Positions 8,942 to 19,076 of a DNA stretch of 64,000 nt are shown here, piece by piece. The notes beneath the pieces were generated by a model. The model did not search any database. It had not been told where the DNA came from and worked only from the letters and a program-made list of their open reading frames with translations. A program made the position numbers and the translations under genes. Location: IMG/VR virus record IMGVR_UViG_3300028591_000200, positions 4,132 through 68,131 of that record, one strand, 5' to 3'. Source of the stretch: a virus (lineage: Duplodnaviria; Caudoviricetes). The first letter of the stretch is position 1; every line of letters starts with the position of its first letter.

Positions 8942-9667
8942 ATGAGATTGCAAAGAATCTATTCATCAAAGATATATTTAACCAGCTCTCGTAAAGATAG
9001 GATTCATGCCGCTATACAGGATCCTATCAATGTTGAGTTAGTTCAGCAACTTTCAGATTATCTTGATGATGAAGCTAAAATGGAGTTAGAGGAAGCCCAG
9101 TCTGAAATTAAGCAGAAGGCTGAAAAGAGTGAAACGGACAAGTCAACCGAACAATCTTCTTCATCTTCCGAGGATTCTTCAAGACCTACACTTCCAACAG
9201 GTAATTCTTCCTTTTCGGGTAGCCCCTTGGCTGACTTCGGTGAAGATGAGTTTTCTGATGTTGATGATGCTGGTGTAGACACAGACACTTCTGATGAACC
9301 TGCCGATGAAATAGTAGAATCTGTAACCCAAGAGGGTGAACCCATTACCGCTACTTCTTTAATTTGGACTACTATTGAGGATATAGTAAGCGATTGTGAT
9401 ACTATTAAGGGTACTCTTAACACAAGAGAAGATACCAGCGGTGTTACAAGATTAGAAGTAAAAGATAATGAACTTTGGATTTATTACAATGATGACAGCA
9501 ATCTTAATGATAAGATGATTGAAGTAATCAGCGTACTTAATTCCACTGGATATACTTATTTGAAGTTCAACCGACTTGCAAGATCTAATAATGCCATTGT
9601 ATTTGACATCAATCTTAATTTTGCAGATCAGATTAAGTCAAACAAGGAGTTAGAAGAAAAGAAGTAA
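8942..9667 (+). CDS. Hypothetical late protein with acidic linker (prohead-core-like?)
   Basis: Late motif at 8881; RIYSS and ITATS motifs. Confidence 0.75.
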   Translation: MRLQRIYSSKIYLTSSRKDRIHAAIQDPINVELVQQLSDYLDDEAKMELEEAQSEIKQKAEKSETDKSTEQSSSSSEDSSRPTLPTGNSSFSGSPLADFGEDEFSDVDDAGVDTDTSDEPADEIVESVTQEGEPITATSLIWTTIEDIVSDCDTIKGTLNTREDTSGVTRLEVKDNELWIYYNDDSNLNDKMIEVISVLNSTGYTYLKFNRLARSNNAIVFDINLNFADQIKSNKELEEKK

Positions 9668-9670
9668 ATT

Positions 9671-9985
9671 ATGAAAGATTTACCTGTTAAAGATGAATTA
9701 GACTTCCAGTATCTTCTTCAATTACTTCCACCCTTGGAGAACGAACCCGAATTTGCTTGGCTCCCGGAACTGTTCAGTATTATTGGTGCGAGAAATCTTA
9801 TAACCCTCTGCAAGTACGCAGGGGGCGAAACTATTAAAGTACCTACGCTGGAACAGTTGGCACAAGATATAGAAGCTCTACAGTGGTACTATGATGTATT
9901 TATCAGCAGGAAAAAAGAACTGGGGGAGATCCCTGCTGAATTATGTGCTTTGGTGATGAAGATAAGGAATATATATAATGCTTGA
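9671..9985 (+). CDS. Mor-like transcription regulator
   Basis: ELFSIIG...LCKYAGGETIKVP matches the Mor-family ...IG.....L...GG..IYIP pattern. Confidence 0.55.
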   Translation: MKDLPVKDELDFQYLLQLLPPLENEPEFAWLPELFSIIGARNLITLCKYAGGETIKVPTLEQLAQDIEALQWYYDVFISRKKELGEIPAELCALVMKIRNIYNA

Positions 9986-10157
9986 AACTGTAAAGACATA
10001 TATTCGGGATCTGCCTGACATCCCATTTAGTATCTATTATCAGAACTATATCTGTGATGTTCAAGATCGGAATATCGTATTAGAGGTTAATAGCATTAAG
10101 ACTGATGAGATATTAACAATAGAACGCCTGATAACTTCAATCAAGCGAAGATTGTAA
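9978..10157 (+). CDS. Hypothetical protein
   Basis: Manually translated 59 aa ORF overlapping upstream stop. Confidence 0.55.
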   Translation: MLETVKTYIRDLPDIPFSIYYQNYICDVQDRNIVLEVNSIKTDEILTIERLITSIKRRL

Positions 10158-10198
10158 TAAAACCTTATATTTATATATACATTATTGTAGAGGTTAGT

Positions 10199-10723
10199 AT
10201 GACAGTAACAAAAATCACTTCATCCGATTCCGTTATTACTTCATCTGATATTCAGGTAAAGTATGAACAACTTTACGAGTTTTTGATGGATTTCCTGTGG
10301 GAGTTCCCGGTTGTCCAGTCTATCGCTAATCTTGAAATTGCTGTATTTAAGAGATTTCCTGACAAAGATGAGATGATTAAAGCATTAAATGAATTAAAGC
10401 GTAACATCTCCGCAACTTATAATGAGCTGGAAACCGAAGAAGATGAGGTCGAGTTTAAGGAAACCTTTGAATCCTTGGAAGAAGCCATAAATGACTTCGA
10501 TCCCGAACATGCTGGTTGTGAATTGTATGGAGTTGAGACTGTTATTGATGGTCCTGAAGATGCACTGACCGCTTCTGACGATATAGACACAGAGGAAGAA
10601 GGGGCAGGAAAGCGTAAATTCCGTATTGGAAACATCAGGAAGATCACCAAAGAAGAACGAGAGCTTCAAGAAGAAGCCGCAAATACATTAAGTAATCCAT
10701 TTGAAAATACGGAGGAAGAATAA
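10199..10723 (+). CDS. Acidic hypothetical late protein
   Basis: Late motif at 10161; ITSS/LTAS motifs. Confidence 0.75.
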   Translation: MTVTKITSSDSVITSSDIQVKYEQLYEFLMDFLWEFPVVQSIANLEIAVFKRFPDKDEMIKALNELKRNISATYNELETEEDEVEFKETFESLEEAINDFDPEHAGCELYGVETVIDGPEDALTASDDIDTEEEGAGKRKFRIGNIRKITKEERELQEEAANTLSNPFENTEEE

Positions 10724-10725
10724 TA

Positions 10726-11256
10726 ATGAGAATTTCTAAATCTACAAAGACAGATGTAAAGGCTTCAGTAGAACCTAATACGCCTGATGCAAATAAGGCA
10801 AAGTTGGTAAGACAGATTATTAAGCAAGCAGAAGAAATTAGAGATTATTTCCAGTCTCATAATAATAATCTTAATCGTACACAGGAACAGTATTTAGAAG
10901 ATTTGTCTGACGGTATTGATAATCAGTCTGTTATGGCTATCCGTGAGGCTGTTGAGAGCCTTAAATTTAATAGTAAGAATCTTCGTAAGGAGCAATATTA
11001 TCTTATAGAGGATTTGTATGATGAGTTCAACTTGGCTAATGGTAAGTTTGAGGGTATGGGCAGACCGGGTTCTGATGATGTAGATGCTTGTGGAGACATA
11101 AAGGCTTCAAAGAAACTTTCTGCTAATGATCAGGCATTAACCCATATCAAAGCGGCAATAGACATTCTCGGTAAGTCAGGTCAGAAGGATGAAGTTACAA
11201 AAGATTCTATTGCTAATCTTGCTACTGTAATGTTTGATATTAAGGGAAATAAGTGA
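10726..11256 (+). CDS. Hypothetical protein with VKAS/IKAS motifs
   Basis: SD GGAGG; DVKAS and DIKASKKLSAN. Confidence 0.75.
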   Translation: MRISKSTKTDVKASVEPNTPDANKAKLVRQIIKQAEEIRDYFQSHNNNLNRTQEQYLEDLSDGIDNQSVMAIREAVESLKFNSKNLRKEQYYLIEDLYDEFNLANGKFEGMGRPGSDDVDACGDIKASKKLSANDQALTHIKAAIDILGKSGQKDEVTKDSIANLATVMFDIKGNK

Positions 11257-11268
11257 GGAATATTAAGT

Positions 11269-11721
11269 ATGAGAAGATTTACTGTTTATCCTAAAAATTA
11301 TGTATCTGCTACAACAAAGAAAGAACTGGAACAACGCCGAAAAGGTTTAAGGGATGCTCGCTATTCTGAATTAGAGCAAGCAGGTGTTACCCGTGATGAA
11401 ATTAGAAACGCTGGATTTTTTAGCAAATTAAATTCTCATCTTCCTGCTGGTCGTGCTGAATATTACAATACCCAAAGCGAAGAACTCGATGCTATTGATA
11501 TGCTACATTCTATTTTGGCTTATGAGCCGGGGCATACTGTTGATAGCTTAATGGCAAATAGATATATGCAGAGGTACATTAAATCCTTGGGCGCAGATCG
11601 TGTTGCTGAACTATGTCAGCAAGAGTTAGATGAGTTTGCTAATGCAAGAGTAAACAAAGATGTATTTGTTGATGACGAGGGCTTGTCCTATAATTCTGTT
11701 ACTTTCAGAGATGAAGAATAA
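11269..11721 (+). CDS. Hypothetical protein with leader variant (KNYVSAT)
   Basis: SD GAGG. Confidence 0.75.
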   Translation: MRRFTVYPKNYVSATTKKELEQRRKGLRDARYSELEQAGVTRDEIRNAGFFSKLNSHLPAGRAEYYNTQSEELDAIDMLHSILAYEPGHTVDSLMANRYMQRYIKSLGADRVAELCQQELDEFANARVNKDVFVDDEGLSYNSVTFRDEE

Positions 11722-11832
11722 TATAAGTCATTACAATAAATTATTAACGCAATAAAAGGTTAGATCATAGGATTTAACCTTTTATAATATTGAAGAAGAA
11801 CATAAATTTATAACCTTCGGAGAATACATAAA

Positions 11833-12411
11833 ATGGTAATTTTAGCCGCAGAAATAGCACAAATAGACTGGGGAACGGTGATTGTTCAATCACTTATTAC
11901 CCTCGGAGTAGTATTTGGTGGTGCTGGGTACTGGGAATATAGGCGAGCCAAGTTGCAGAAAAAATGGGATGAAGAAAGCAAGAAGAACGGTGTAGAGAAT
12001 AAAGTAGATATACTATCTGACGATGTAAAGAAGATCAATACTACCATAGAGTTTATGGCAGAGGATGTATTAGAACTTAAACAAGATATAGCATTACTTC
12101 AAGAAGCCAATGAAGTCACTATTAGATATAGAGAGACACGAGATGAGCAGGATAGGGTAAGTTCTGAAGAACGAACTGCACTTATAGAGTCCATGAGAGC
12201 GATGATCAGGGATAGACTTTTAGACGCTTATGAAAGGTGTGTGACAAAAGGCTACTACACCATAGAAGAACGGGAAACATACAGCAAACTATACGAATGT
12301 TATCATGGTAAAACCTTAAAGGGTAACGGCGTAATGGAAGAACTGCGAGAGGAAATGCTACGACTTCCGAAGAAAAAGGAAGATGTGAAAAAAGAGATTG
12401 TAAAGAAGTAA
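11833..12411 (+). CDS. Membrane protein, holin/lysis-associated type
   Basis: N-terminal TM, coiled coil, C-terminal RDRL...KGY...Y..Y....GNG pattern recalled from Firmicute phage lysis modules. Confidence 0.5.
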   Translation: MVILAAEIAQIDWGTVIVQSLITLGVVFGGAGYWEYRRAKLQKKWDEESKKNGVENKVDILSDDVKKINTTIEFMAEDVLELKQDIALLQEANEVTIRYRETRDEQDRVSSEERTALIESMRAMIRDRLLDAYERCVTKGYYTIEERETYSKLYECYHGKTLKGNGVMEELREEMLRLPKKKEDVKKEIVKK

Positions 12412-12454
12412 TTTGAAGATACATATACCACATTGGTTTTCTCACCTTATTTGA

Positions 12455-12490
12455 TTCAGGCTTTGGTGCTATCCGGAGCCTGAATTATTT
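12455..12490 (+). terminator. Rho-independent terminator
   Basis: TTCAGGCT / AGCCTGAA stem plus T-rich tail. Confidence 0.6.
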
Positions 12491-12499
12491 ATATTAGTA

Positions 12500-12528
12500 T
12501 TGAACTATAAATATTTGTATTGTATAAT
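12500..12528 (+). promoter_or_regulatory. Sigma-A-type promoter for the RHH gene
   Basis: TTGAAC-17-TATAAT with extended TG. Confidence 0.7.
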
Positions 12529-12561
12529 ATCGGTACAAATTATGAGTAGGAGGATTACTAC

Positions 12562-12741
12562 ATGGGCAGACCAAAAGGAAAAACAACTGAATGTACGAGT
12601 TTTAGCTTAAACAGAGATGTTCTTGCAAGACTAAATGCTTATTCCGAAGAATCTATGATTTCCAAGACAAAGGTAGTTGAGAGATCCATAACAGAGTATT
12701 TGGATAAGGTCGGATTTAAGATGGAGGGTGCTGATATGTAA
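12562..12741 (+). CDS. Ribbon-helix-helix DNA-binding protein
   Basis: MGRPK...TSFSLNRDVLARLNAYSEESMISKTKVVERSITEYL; SD AGGAGG; missed by the ORF track. Confidence 0.7.
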   Translation: MGRPKGKTTECTSFSLNRDVLARLNAYSEESMISKTKVVERSITEYLDKVGFKMEGADM

Positions 12742-12765
12742 ATCTTATATAAAGGAGAACATATT

Positions 12766-13002
12766 ATGCTTTACCTAAACAAAGAAGATTCTAAAATTCT
12801 GTTCGATACCAATATGGTACTTTATGAACTATTTCAGGCTGGTCTACTTACATCAGAACAAGAGCAGGTGCTTGCAAGGTTTTATAAGTTACGGCAGGAT
12901 TCGGAAGCCTACTCAAACAGATGTAGAAGTAAGGCGAAGAAGTCAGTTCAGGAAAAACGCAAGGTAGATAAGACATACGCACACAGTAAGAAACACAATT
13001 AA
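12766..13002 (+). CDS. Hypothetical basic protein
   Basis: SD AAGGAG. Confidence 0.7.
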   Translation: MLYLNKEDSKILFDTNMVLYELFQAGLLTSEQEQVLARFYKLRQDSEAYSNRCRSKAKKSVQEKRKVDKTYAHSKKHN

Positions 13003-13033
13003 ATATTTTTAGATATAAAATGGTATAAATATA

Positions 13034-13067
13034 TTGTATTTGTACCATTTTATATTATAATTATAAT
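13034..13067 (+). promoter_or_regulatory. Sigma-A-type promoter
   Basis: TTGTAT-16-TATAAT, with a second TTGTAC-16-TATAAT register. Confidence 0.65.
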
Positions 13068-13096
13068 ATACTAACAATCTAAAAGGAGCAGATGTC

Positions 13097-14173
13097 ATGG
13101 AAAACAAGTTTGATTACATGCCGTTAGTATCGGATTGTGTACTTACTGCTTTAAGTAACTATAACTCCGGTATATCAAAAGACCAGTTTTATAGCATGAA
13201 TATACTGGATGCTACTGATGTGACCGAAGATGATATGCGTGATGTCAACGAGGGAGTTATCCAGTATTGCCGGGAGAATGGATGCTATGCGGCATTACCG
13301 CCTTTTGAGGAAGGTGCATTTATTGATCGTAGCGAGCGTAGATACACCCATTGGAAAGTTTTAGAAGTTCAAGATGAGTATTTCCGATTAGAATTTAATC
13401 ACTACCCGATTATCTTTGTAGATAATGAAACTTTTATCCGTGTTAAGCAGGGCGATTCAATCAATATAGATCACCCTTGCTGGTATCGGTCTTGCAGAAC
13501 TGTGGTAAAGGTTAAACTCCTTACAACTGAAGAGCATGTAGAAATGCTTTCTCGCCACCCTGATTTTATAGGTATAGACGAGCAGATTGCTGAACGCCCT
13601 GAACTGATCACCCAGTTATCTAATCTGCTGAAAACCCAGTACCATGTTGGCGGCGTACTTGAAGATTATGAGTATTATATGCCCCATGATCTGAAAAAAC
13701 TGGTAAAGAAGGGTAAGTATTATACTTCTGATGGTCAGTTTGTTAATAGCTCGTGGATTAAATCGGTTGTTGCTGATACATTAGAGCTGGGTATGGAAGC
13801 TGGGTTACAGAGTATGTTATTTTGTAGCACTGGACCAATAATCGAGATGTTTGTATATATGAACTATATGCTCTCTCAAAAATCAACAAGTTCATCTACA
13901 TTAAGGCATATCACTTCCTACTATGTCCCTGATACCGAAGCTCCTGAACTTCGTAAGGAGAGGCACTTTGGCAAGATCAAGGTTATATCTGAAAAGAAAC
14001 CGAGATCTGTAAATGCCAAGAATATCCAGCGAATTTATACGACAGCCGTATGGCAGAGAAGGAGCCATTTAAGACACTTGGCATCTGGTAAAGTAGTTCC
14101 TGTCAAATCTGCTACTTGTAAGAGACATAATGTTGAAGATGTTCTTGCACCACAGGTGATTTACAAGATATAA
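13097..14173 (+). CDS. Conserved phage protein with C-terminal W.RR.H.R...GK motif
   Basis: SD AAGGAG; VWQRRSHLRHLASGKVVPVK. Confidence 0.75.
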   Translation: MENKFDYMPLVSDCVLTALSNYNSGISKDQFYSMNILDATDVTEDDMRDVNEGVIQYCRENGCYAALPPFEEGAFIDRSERRYTHWKVLEVQDEYFRLEFNHYPIIFVDNETFIRVKQGDSINIDHPCWYRSCRTVVKVKLLTTEEHVEMLSRHPDFIGIDEQIAERPELITQLSNLLKTQYHVGGVLEDYEYYMPHDLKKLVKKGKYYTSDGQFVNSSWIKSVVADTLELGMEAGLQSMLFCSTGPIIEMFVYMNYMLSQKSTSSSTLRHITSYYVPDTEAPELRKERHFGKIKVISEKKPRSVNAKNIQRIYTTAVWQRRSHLRHLASGKVVPVKSATCKRHNVEDVLAPQVIYKI

Positions 14174-14184
14174 TTTGTATGTCT

Positions 14185-14259
14185 ATCCGTATGGTGTAAT
14201 TGGTAGCACGATAGTCTCCAAAACTGTTTGTCAGGGTTCAAGTCCTTGTGCGGATGCCA
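14185..14259 (+). tRNA. trnW: tRNA-Trp (CCA)
   Basis: Cloverleaf: acceptor ATCCGTA/TGCGGAT, anticodon loop CT-CCA-AA, GGTTCAAGTCC T-arm, encoded CCA end. Confidence 0.95.
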
Positions 14260-14336
14260 TTTATATATGAGGTATGGTATGAAACGATATATTAAATTTT
14301 CTAAAGATTTATAACTCGTATCTGCATTAAATAGTT

Positions 14337-14370
14337 AAAAGGGTAGGCGATAAACCTACCCTTTTTCTTT
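14337..14370 (+). terminator. Rho-independent terminator after tRNA
   Basis: AAAAGGGTAGG / CCTACCCTTTTT. Confidence 0.85.
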
Positions 14371-14408
14371 TAACCTTATATATTTATATCAAAACATAAT
14401 ATAAAGGA

Positions 14409-14993
14409 ATGTTAATCGGTATGGATAACGAACCTAAAACCGTTGGGGGAGTGGACAATACAGATGTTTCTCTTACTAATCCCCTACTAATAGCACAAAT
14501 AAATCAAGCGGCAGAGATGCGTACATCTCTCTTAACTTGCACTACAAGTGATTTAAGATCCGCAAAAGTAGCATTACAGAATATAGCCGTATTACAGATA
14601 TATCACGAAGTAGCAAAGATTATCCGTTTTACGGAACAAATGGATAGGTGGGAAGATAAGCTCTACGACAGTATGGATATGTGCATAGGCGGTATGGATT
14701 CCGCCGATCCTGCTACTTTAATGCTAATGCTTAAAGTGCAGGGGGATTTATACAAGACTATGGTATTATCCCAAGAGTTGTTAAAGCCTTATATGAATAT
14801 TGATTTAGAAGCCATAGCCCCACCCAAAGCCATAAACGAAGATACCTCTTTTGGTGCCGCTATACTACCGAGGGAATCAAGAGCAGTAATCAGAAACGGC
14901 GCACAAGCACTTTTAACCGAACTCCGTAAAACTGAAAACCTTCCAGTAGACGAGAACAATAATGACGGAAATAGTACAGCCGATACACAGTGA
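14409..14993 (+). CDS. Helical protein upstream of TerL; candidate terminase small subunit
   Basis: Position overlapping the TerL start; late motif at 14371. Confidence 0.4.
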   Translation: MLIGMDNEPKTVGGVDNTDVSLTNPLLIAQINQAAEMRTSLLTCTTSDLRSAKVALQNIAVLQIYHEVAKIIRFTEQMDRWEDKLYDSMDMCIGGMDSADPATLMLMLKVQGDLYKTMVLSQELLKPYMNIDLEAIAPPKAINEDTSFGAAILPRESRAVIRNGAQALLTELRKTENLPVDENNNDGNSTADTQ

Positions 14994-17412
14994 TTCATTA
15001 GACTATGAGGATATAATCTCACGCATAAGGGGCATATATAATAGTTGCTCACCTATTGAACAACGCCAGTTATTAAAGATACTGGAAGAATTAGGCGATA
15101 AAGGCTATTCAGGAACTCTCGAAAAGATATACCTTGTAGACTTTAAAGAAGTCCCCGTCAGCATAGACAGATTTTTAACCGATCCTCAATACCTTGGAGA
15201 ATCCAATGATTGTGGAAGGCAGATTTATCCGGGCTGGTGGGATGCTCATCACAGCGTTTTCGATGCCCAATCTGATAAGTATGAAATTATTTTATCAGGT
15301 GCCACTCGTATAGGTAAAACATCTACGGCGGTATCAATGATGTGCTATATGACATATCTCTTGATGTGTTATCGTAATCCGCAGAAGTATTTTGGTTTGA
15401 AAGATGTATCAAGAGCAACAATCGCTTTTGCAAATTTGACAAAAGAATTAGCCGAAGGTGTTGCTTTCCGAGAGTATAACGATACTCTTAAAAAATCACC
15501 TTGGTTTAATACACATGGCAGATTTACAAATGCTCGACACCCCATTTATATTCCCGAAGGTGATCATATAGAGTTAGTTGCCGCTTCGGATTCTGCTCAT
15601 GTTTTGGGTATGCAACTTTGGTGCCTTGTGGGTAGCACCGAGATTGTAACTTCTGAAGGAATTAAATCTTTGGCAGAGTTAGAGGGTACGCAAGTATCTG
15701 TTTTGCAATATGATTATGCTTCTTCTTCATATACATTTACTAATGCCCCAGTTATAAAGACTAAATATGTCCAAGATACTATAAAGATAACATTAGAAGA
15801 TGGTACAATTTTTGAAGGAACTCCGGAACATCAAGTAATGTTAGTTGATGGTACATATAAGCGGTTAGACGAATTAACTGATATTGATGAGGTATTATCT
15901 TTACGAGTGATTACTACTCCGAGAGGACACCTGTTGATGAAAATATCTAAAATAGAACATATACATTATGAAGAACCTATTCCTGTATATGATGTGGTCA
16001 ATGCTGGGAATTTACATAATTTTGTAGTGCATACAGATAACAGTAATGTAGTTGCACATAATTGTTTATTACAAGACGAGGTAAACTTTGCAAAGGCTGG
16101 TATCAAAGATATATCTAAATCCAAAGCACACATGAAGCAGATGTATGATACCGCTAATGCCCGTATTACTGGTACATTTAAGTTGAATGGTAAGATCTAT
16201 GGCAAGATGTTTACCTGCTCATCAAAGAATACTGATAATGATTATCTTTCTGAACATATAGAGAAACAGTTAGACGCTGGTAATACCCACATGTATCTAT
16301 TTGATAAACCCCAGTGGGAAGTATTACCTAAATACCGTTTCGGAGATGAGACATTCTATATTACTGTTGGTGATAGATACAAGCGTGGCTTTGTAGTGTC
16401 TGATGAAAATTCAGATGAAGCTCATTTACAGGAATACAGGAATGAGGGGTATCAAGTATTAGAAGTTCCAGCAGACTATAAACCTAATTTTAGAGCTGAT
16501 TATGATATTGCGTTGCGAGATATTGCAGGTATATCAGTAATCGGTGCTATGGGTTTTATTACACAGGAGATGATAACTCCGAATATTTCTGAAGATAGGG
16601 TAAATCCGTTCTTTGAGGATTATTACGAAATAGGGATTCAAGACAATGATACTTTGGAGAGACACTTTCATCTTGATGTAGTTCCTGCGGAATTAAAGCG
16701 TAAACCTCTGTATGTTCACATCGACTTTGCAGAAAATTCCGACCACATAGGTCTTTCCGGGGGTGTTAGAGATGGTGATAAATTTGTCGTAGATCCTATT
16801 ACCTTGAAGAAAATATCTATGCCATTCTTCAGGCAGATATTTCAGGTAGCTATCGGCGCACCAAGGGGTGATAGGATGTCATTTCAGAAGGTAATCAATT
16901 TTATAGTGTGGCTTAAGCAAAACGGGTTTAATGTATATATGTGTACTGCGGATCGCTTCCAGTCTACCTATGCACTGGAAAGTTTAAGACAACAGGGATT
17001 TACTACTGAACATGTATCTGTTGATAAAACCGATCAACCATATATAGGGTTGCGAAACTTATTGCAGGATCAGAGAATCGAGTTGATTAAAAATGATCTG
17101 CAAGAAGTTGAGATGATAAACCTGCAACGCATAAATGATCGTGTGGATCATAAGCCACAAGCAAGTTCCAATTCTACTGTTATGCCGTGTTTGGCTAATG
17201 GTTACAACAGTAAGGGTATTGGTAAGGACTGTGCAGATGCTCTTTGTGGGTGGACTGCGGCGGCTATCCTACACGCAGAAGTAGTTAAACCACATACTAA
17301 ACCTGTACTAAATGCAATAGCCAGCGTTAATGGTGCAAGAAACTATGGTGTAGGACCGAATGGGAAACCAAAATATATCCCCGGTTTTGGTCAGCAATAC
17401 AGGAAGTATTAA
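14962..17412 (+). CDS. terL: Terminase large subunit containing a mini-intein
   Basis: Walker A GATRIGKT, Walker B LLQDE, nuclease VHIDFA...KDCADA. Confidence 0.9.
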   Translation: MTEIVQPIHSDSLDYEDIISRIRGIYNSCSPIEQRQLLKILEELGDKGYSGTLEKIYLVDFKEVPVSIDRFLTDPQYLGESNDCGRQIYPGWWDAHHSVFDAQSDKYEIILSGATRIGKTSTAVSMMCYMTYLLMCYRNPQKYFGLKDVSRATIAFANLTKELAEGVAFREYNDTLKKSPWFNTHGRFTNARHPIYIPEGDHIELVAASDSAHVLGMQLWCLVGSTEIVTSEGIKSLAELEGTQVSVLQYDYASSSYTFTNAPVIKTKYVQDTIKITLEDGTIFEGTPEHQVMLVDGTYKRLDELTDIDEVLSLRVITTPRGHLLMKISKIEHIHYEEPIPVYDVVNAGNLHNFVVHTDNSNVVAHNCLLQDEVNFAKAGIKDISKSKAHMKQMYDTANARITGTFKLNGKIYGKMFTCSSKNTDNDYLSEHIEKQLDAGNTHMYLFDKPQWEVLPKYRFGDETFYITVGDRYKRGFVVSDENSDEAHLQEYRNEGYQVLEVPADYKPNFRADYDIALRDIAGISVIGAMGFITQEMITPNISEDRVNPFFEDYYEIGIQDNDTLERHFHLDVVPAELKRKPLYVHIDFAENSDHIGLSGGVRDGDKFVVDPITLKKISMPFFRQIFQVAIGAPRGDRMSFQKVINFIVWLKQNGFNVYMCTADRFQSTYALESLRQQGFTTEHVSVDKTDQPYIGLRNLLQDQRIELIKNDLQEVEMINLQRINDRVDHKPQASSNSTVMPCLANGYNSKGIGKDCADALCGWTAAAILHAEVVKPHTKPVLNAIASVNGARNYGVGPNGKPKYIPGFGQQYRKY
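15622..16062 (+). mobile_element. Mini-intein (147 aa, no endonuclease) in TerL
   Basis: N-terminal CLVGSTEI, block B GTPEHQVM, C-terminal VYDV...HNFVV...VAHN, +1 Cys. Confidence 0.92.
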
Positions 17413-17461
17413 GCTACGGCTTAACTTTAAATAATACATTATTATAAAGGAGAACAATTTT

Positions 17462-19048
17462 ATGTTAGTTACAAAAACCTTTTGTAAGCCCGGATCCCTC
17501 GTTTACATTGTCCCCACCGGATTACTCGTATCTTTAAGGTATGATGTTCATGGTTCCCTCAATTTAATTTCAAAGGGGTATTTCGCTCATGGGGATCCTG
17601 CAATAGAGGAATCTGCTATCTCTGACAAGTTTTTAGATGCGGTTGTCAAGAATGGGTTAGTTCCGGGTTCTATTCGTATTACTGGAACAACTTCTGTTAT
17701 TTGGGGCGTATTCTACTCTGATGAGTTTAAATCCCCTAATGGAGAAGTGCCTGAATGTGAATATGATAGGATTATTAACGATATTATTTCAGGTAATATC
17801 AAATATAAATTCTTCATCGGACACATGGACAGTGGGGCAACTACTATCAGTAATCCTACCGCTTTGAATACTTGGGGTAAGATGTCGGGTTTTGATATTC
17901 TCCCCTCTTGGCTTGTCCCGTCAGACGCTACCGATAAATCTCTTAAAGATTTCATTTCAAGTAATATCCACTATCCTTTTAAATATCCTCTTGTTTCAGG
18001 CTACATTGTTTATGAAAACGCAGGGAACCCTTATTTTTATCGGTTGAGCCTTCGTACCGTAACCGTCAAGGATGCTACCAAATATGTAAAACATTCAGGG
18101 TATATAAAGTACAAGGTTCAGTATGACGATGAATACCTCTATATGAATTATCCCGATGCGGCGTTCTTTAATGTAAAGAAGAACTCCCAGCTCATTCTTG
18201 ATGGTGAAACAGTTATTTGGAGTAATACTAAATCATCTAACCATTCCGATAGATTACCGAAGCGTATTGTATGTAAATCCTGCGGTAATATTTTAGATGT
18301 ACCTGATACTGGATATATGACTTGTACTAATCCATATTGCACTTCATTACTTTACCCAAGGATTGAGAGATTCTGCACTGTTTTAGGATTAGATGTATTG
18401 TCAAAAGAGCAATTTGATAAGTATGTAAAGGATTCAGAATTGCAGATCCTTCCTGATGTGTTACTTCTCCCGGAGTACAAAGATACGAAGATCAAGAAGA
18501 ATCTTTGGGAAATCATCTTTGCTTGCTTACCTATTGAGGTAGGTACAGATAAACAATGGCTTATTAAATTCTGTAATCGTTGCAATAACAATTATCAGAC
18601 GGTCAAATTTTACTTTGATAGTCCGGTCAGGATCTACACAGAGCTGGATATGAATGTATCACGCCGCTTGGCTAACTGGTTGTCCGAACCTCAAAACATT
18701 TTGGAGTTACACACAATCATAAATTCAGATCAGATTGAAATTGCTGTTCACGACAAGATTATGAACTTTGATGGCGCACCTATATTCCGCAATAAGACTA
18801 TCTATATTACTGGTGTATTCAAGCATGGATCCCACGCAGATATTAGATCAATACTGGAAAGTTATTCTGCAACAGTAGTTACGGACTTTGATAATTATAT
18901 TCAGTGTGTACTTGTCGGAGATATTAAAGATGGTATTGACGGTCAGGCTATCCTTGCCGCAAGGGAACTTCACTTACCTATTTTCAACGAATCTGAATTT
19001 TTCGCCAAGTACGATATTGATACAGACCTTGAAAAGTTCCTCTTATAA
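17462..19048 (+). CDS. NAD-dependent DNA ligase homologue, apparently inactive
   Basis: Motif I equivalent YIVPTGLLVSLRY lacks K and D of KxDG; C4 zinc finger CKSC...CTNPYC; C-terminal BRCT (KTIYITG...LVG). Confidence 0.7.
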   Translation: MLVTKTFCKPGSLVYIVPTGLLVSLRYDVHGSLNLISKGYFAHGDPAIEESAISDKFLDAVVKNGLVPGSIRITGTTSVIWGVFYSDEFKSPNGEVPECEYDRIINDIISGNIKYKFFIGHMDSGATTISNPTALNTWGKMSGFDILPSWLVPSDATDKSLKDFISSNIHYPFKYPLVSGYIVYENAGNPYFYRLSLRTVTVKDATKYVKHSGYIKYKVQYDDEYLYMNYPDAAFFNVKKNSQLILDGETVIWSNTKSSNHSDRLPKRIVCKSCGNILDVPDTGYMTCTNPYCTSLLYPRIERFCTVLGLDVLSKEQFDKYVKDSELQILPDVLLLPEYKDTKIKKNLWEIIFACLPIEVGTDKQWLIKFCNRCNNNYQTVKFYFDSPVRIYTELDMNVSRRLANWLSEPQNILELHTIINSDQIEIAVHDKIMNFDGAPIFRNKTIYITGVFKHGSHADIRSILESYSATVVTDFDNYIQCVLVGDIKDGIDGQAILAARELHLPIFNESEFFAKYDIDTDLEKFLL

Positions 19049-19076
19049 CCTTTTATAGAAACGGAGGAATTTCTTA

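Noticed and set aside
17462-19048. Calling the gene a functional ligA
   Set aside because: Catalytic KxDG and the N-terminal Ia domain are absent.
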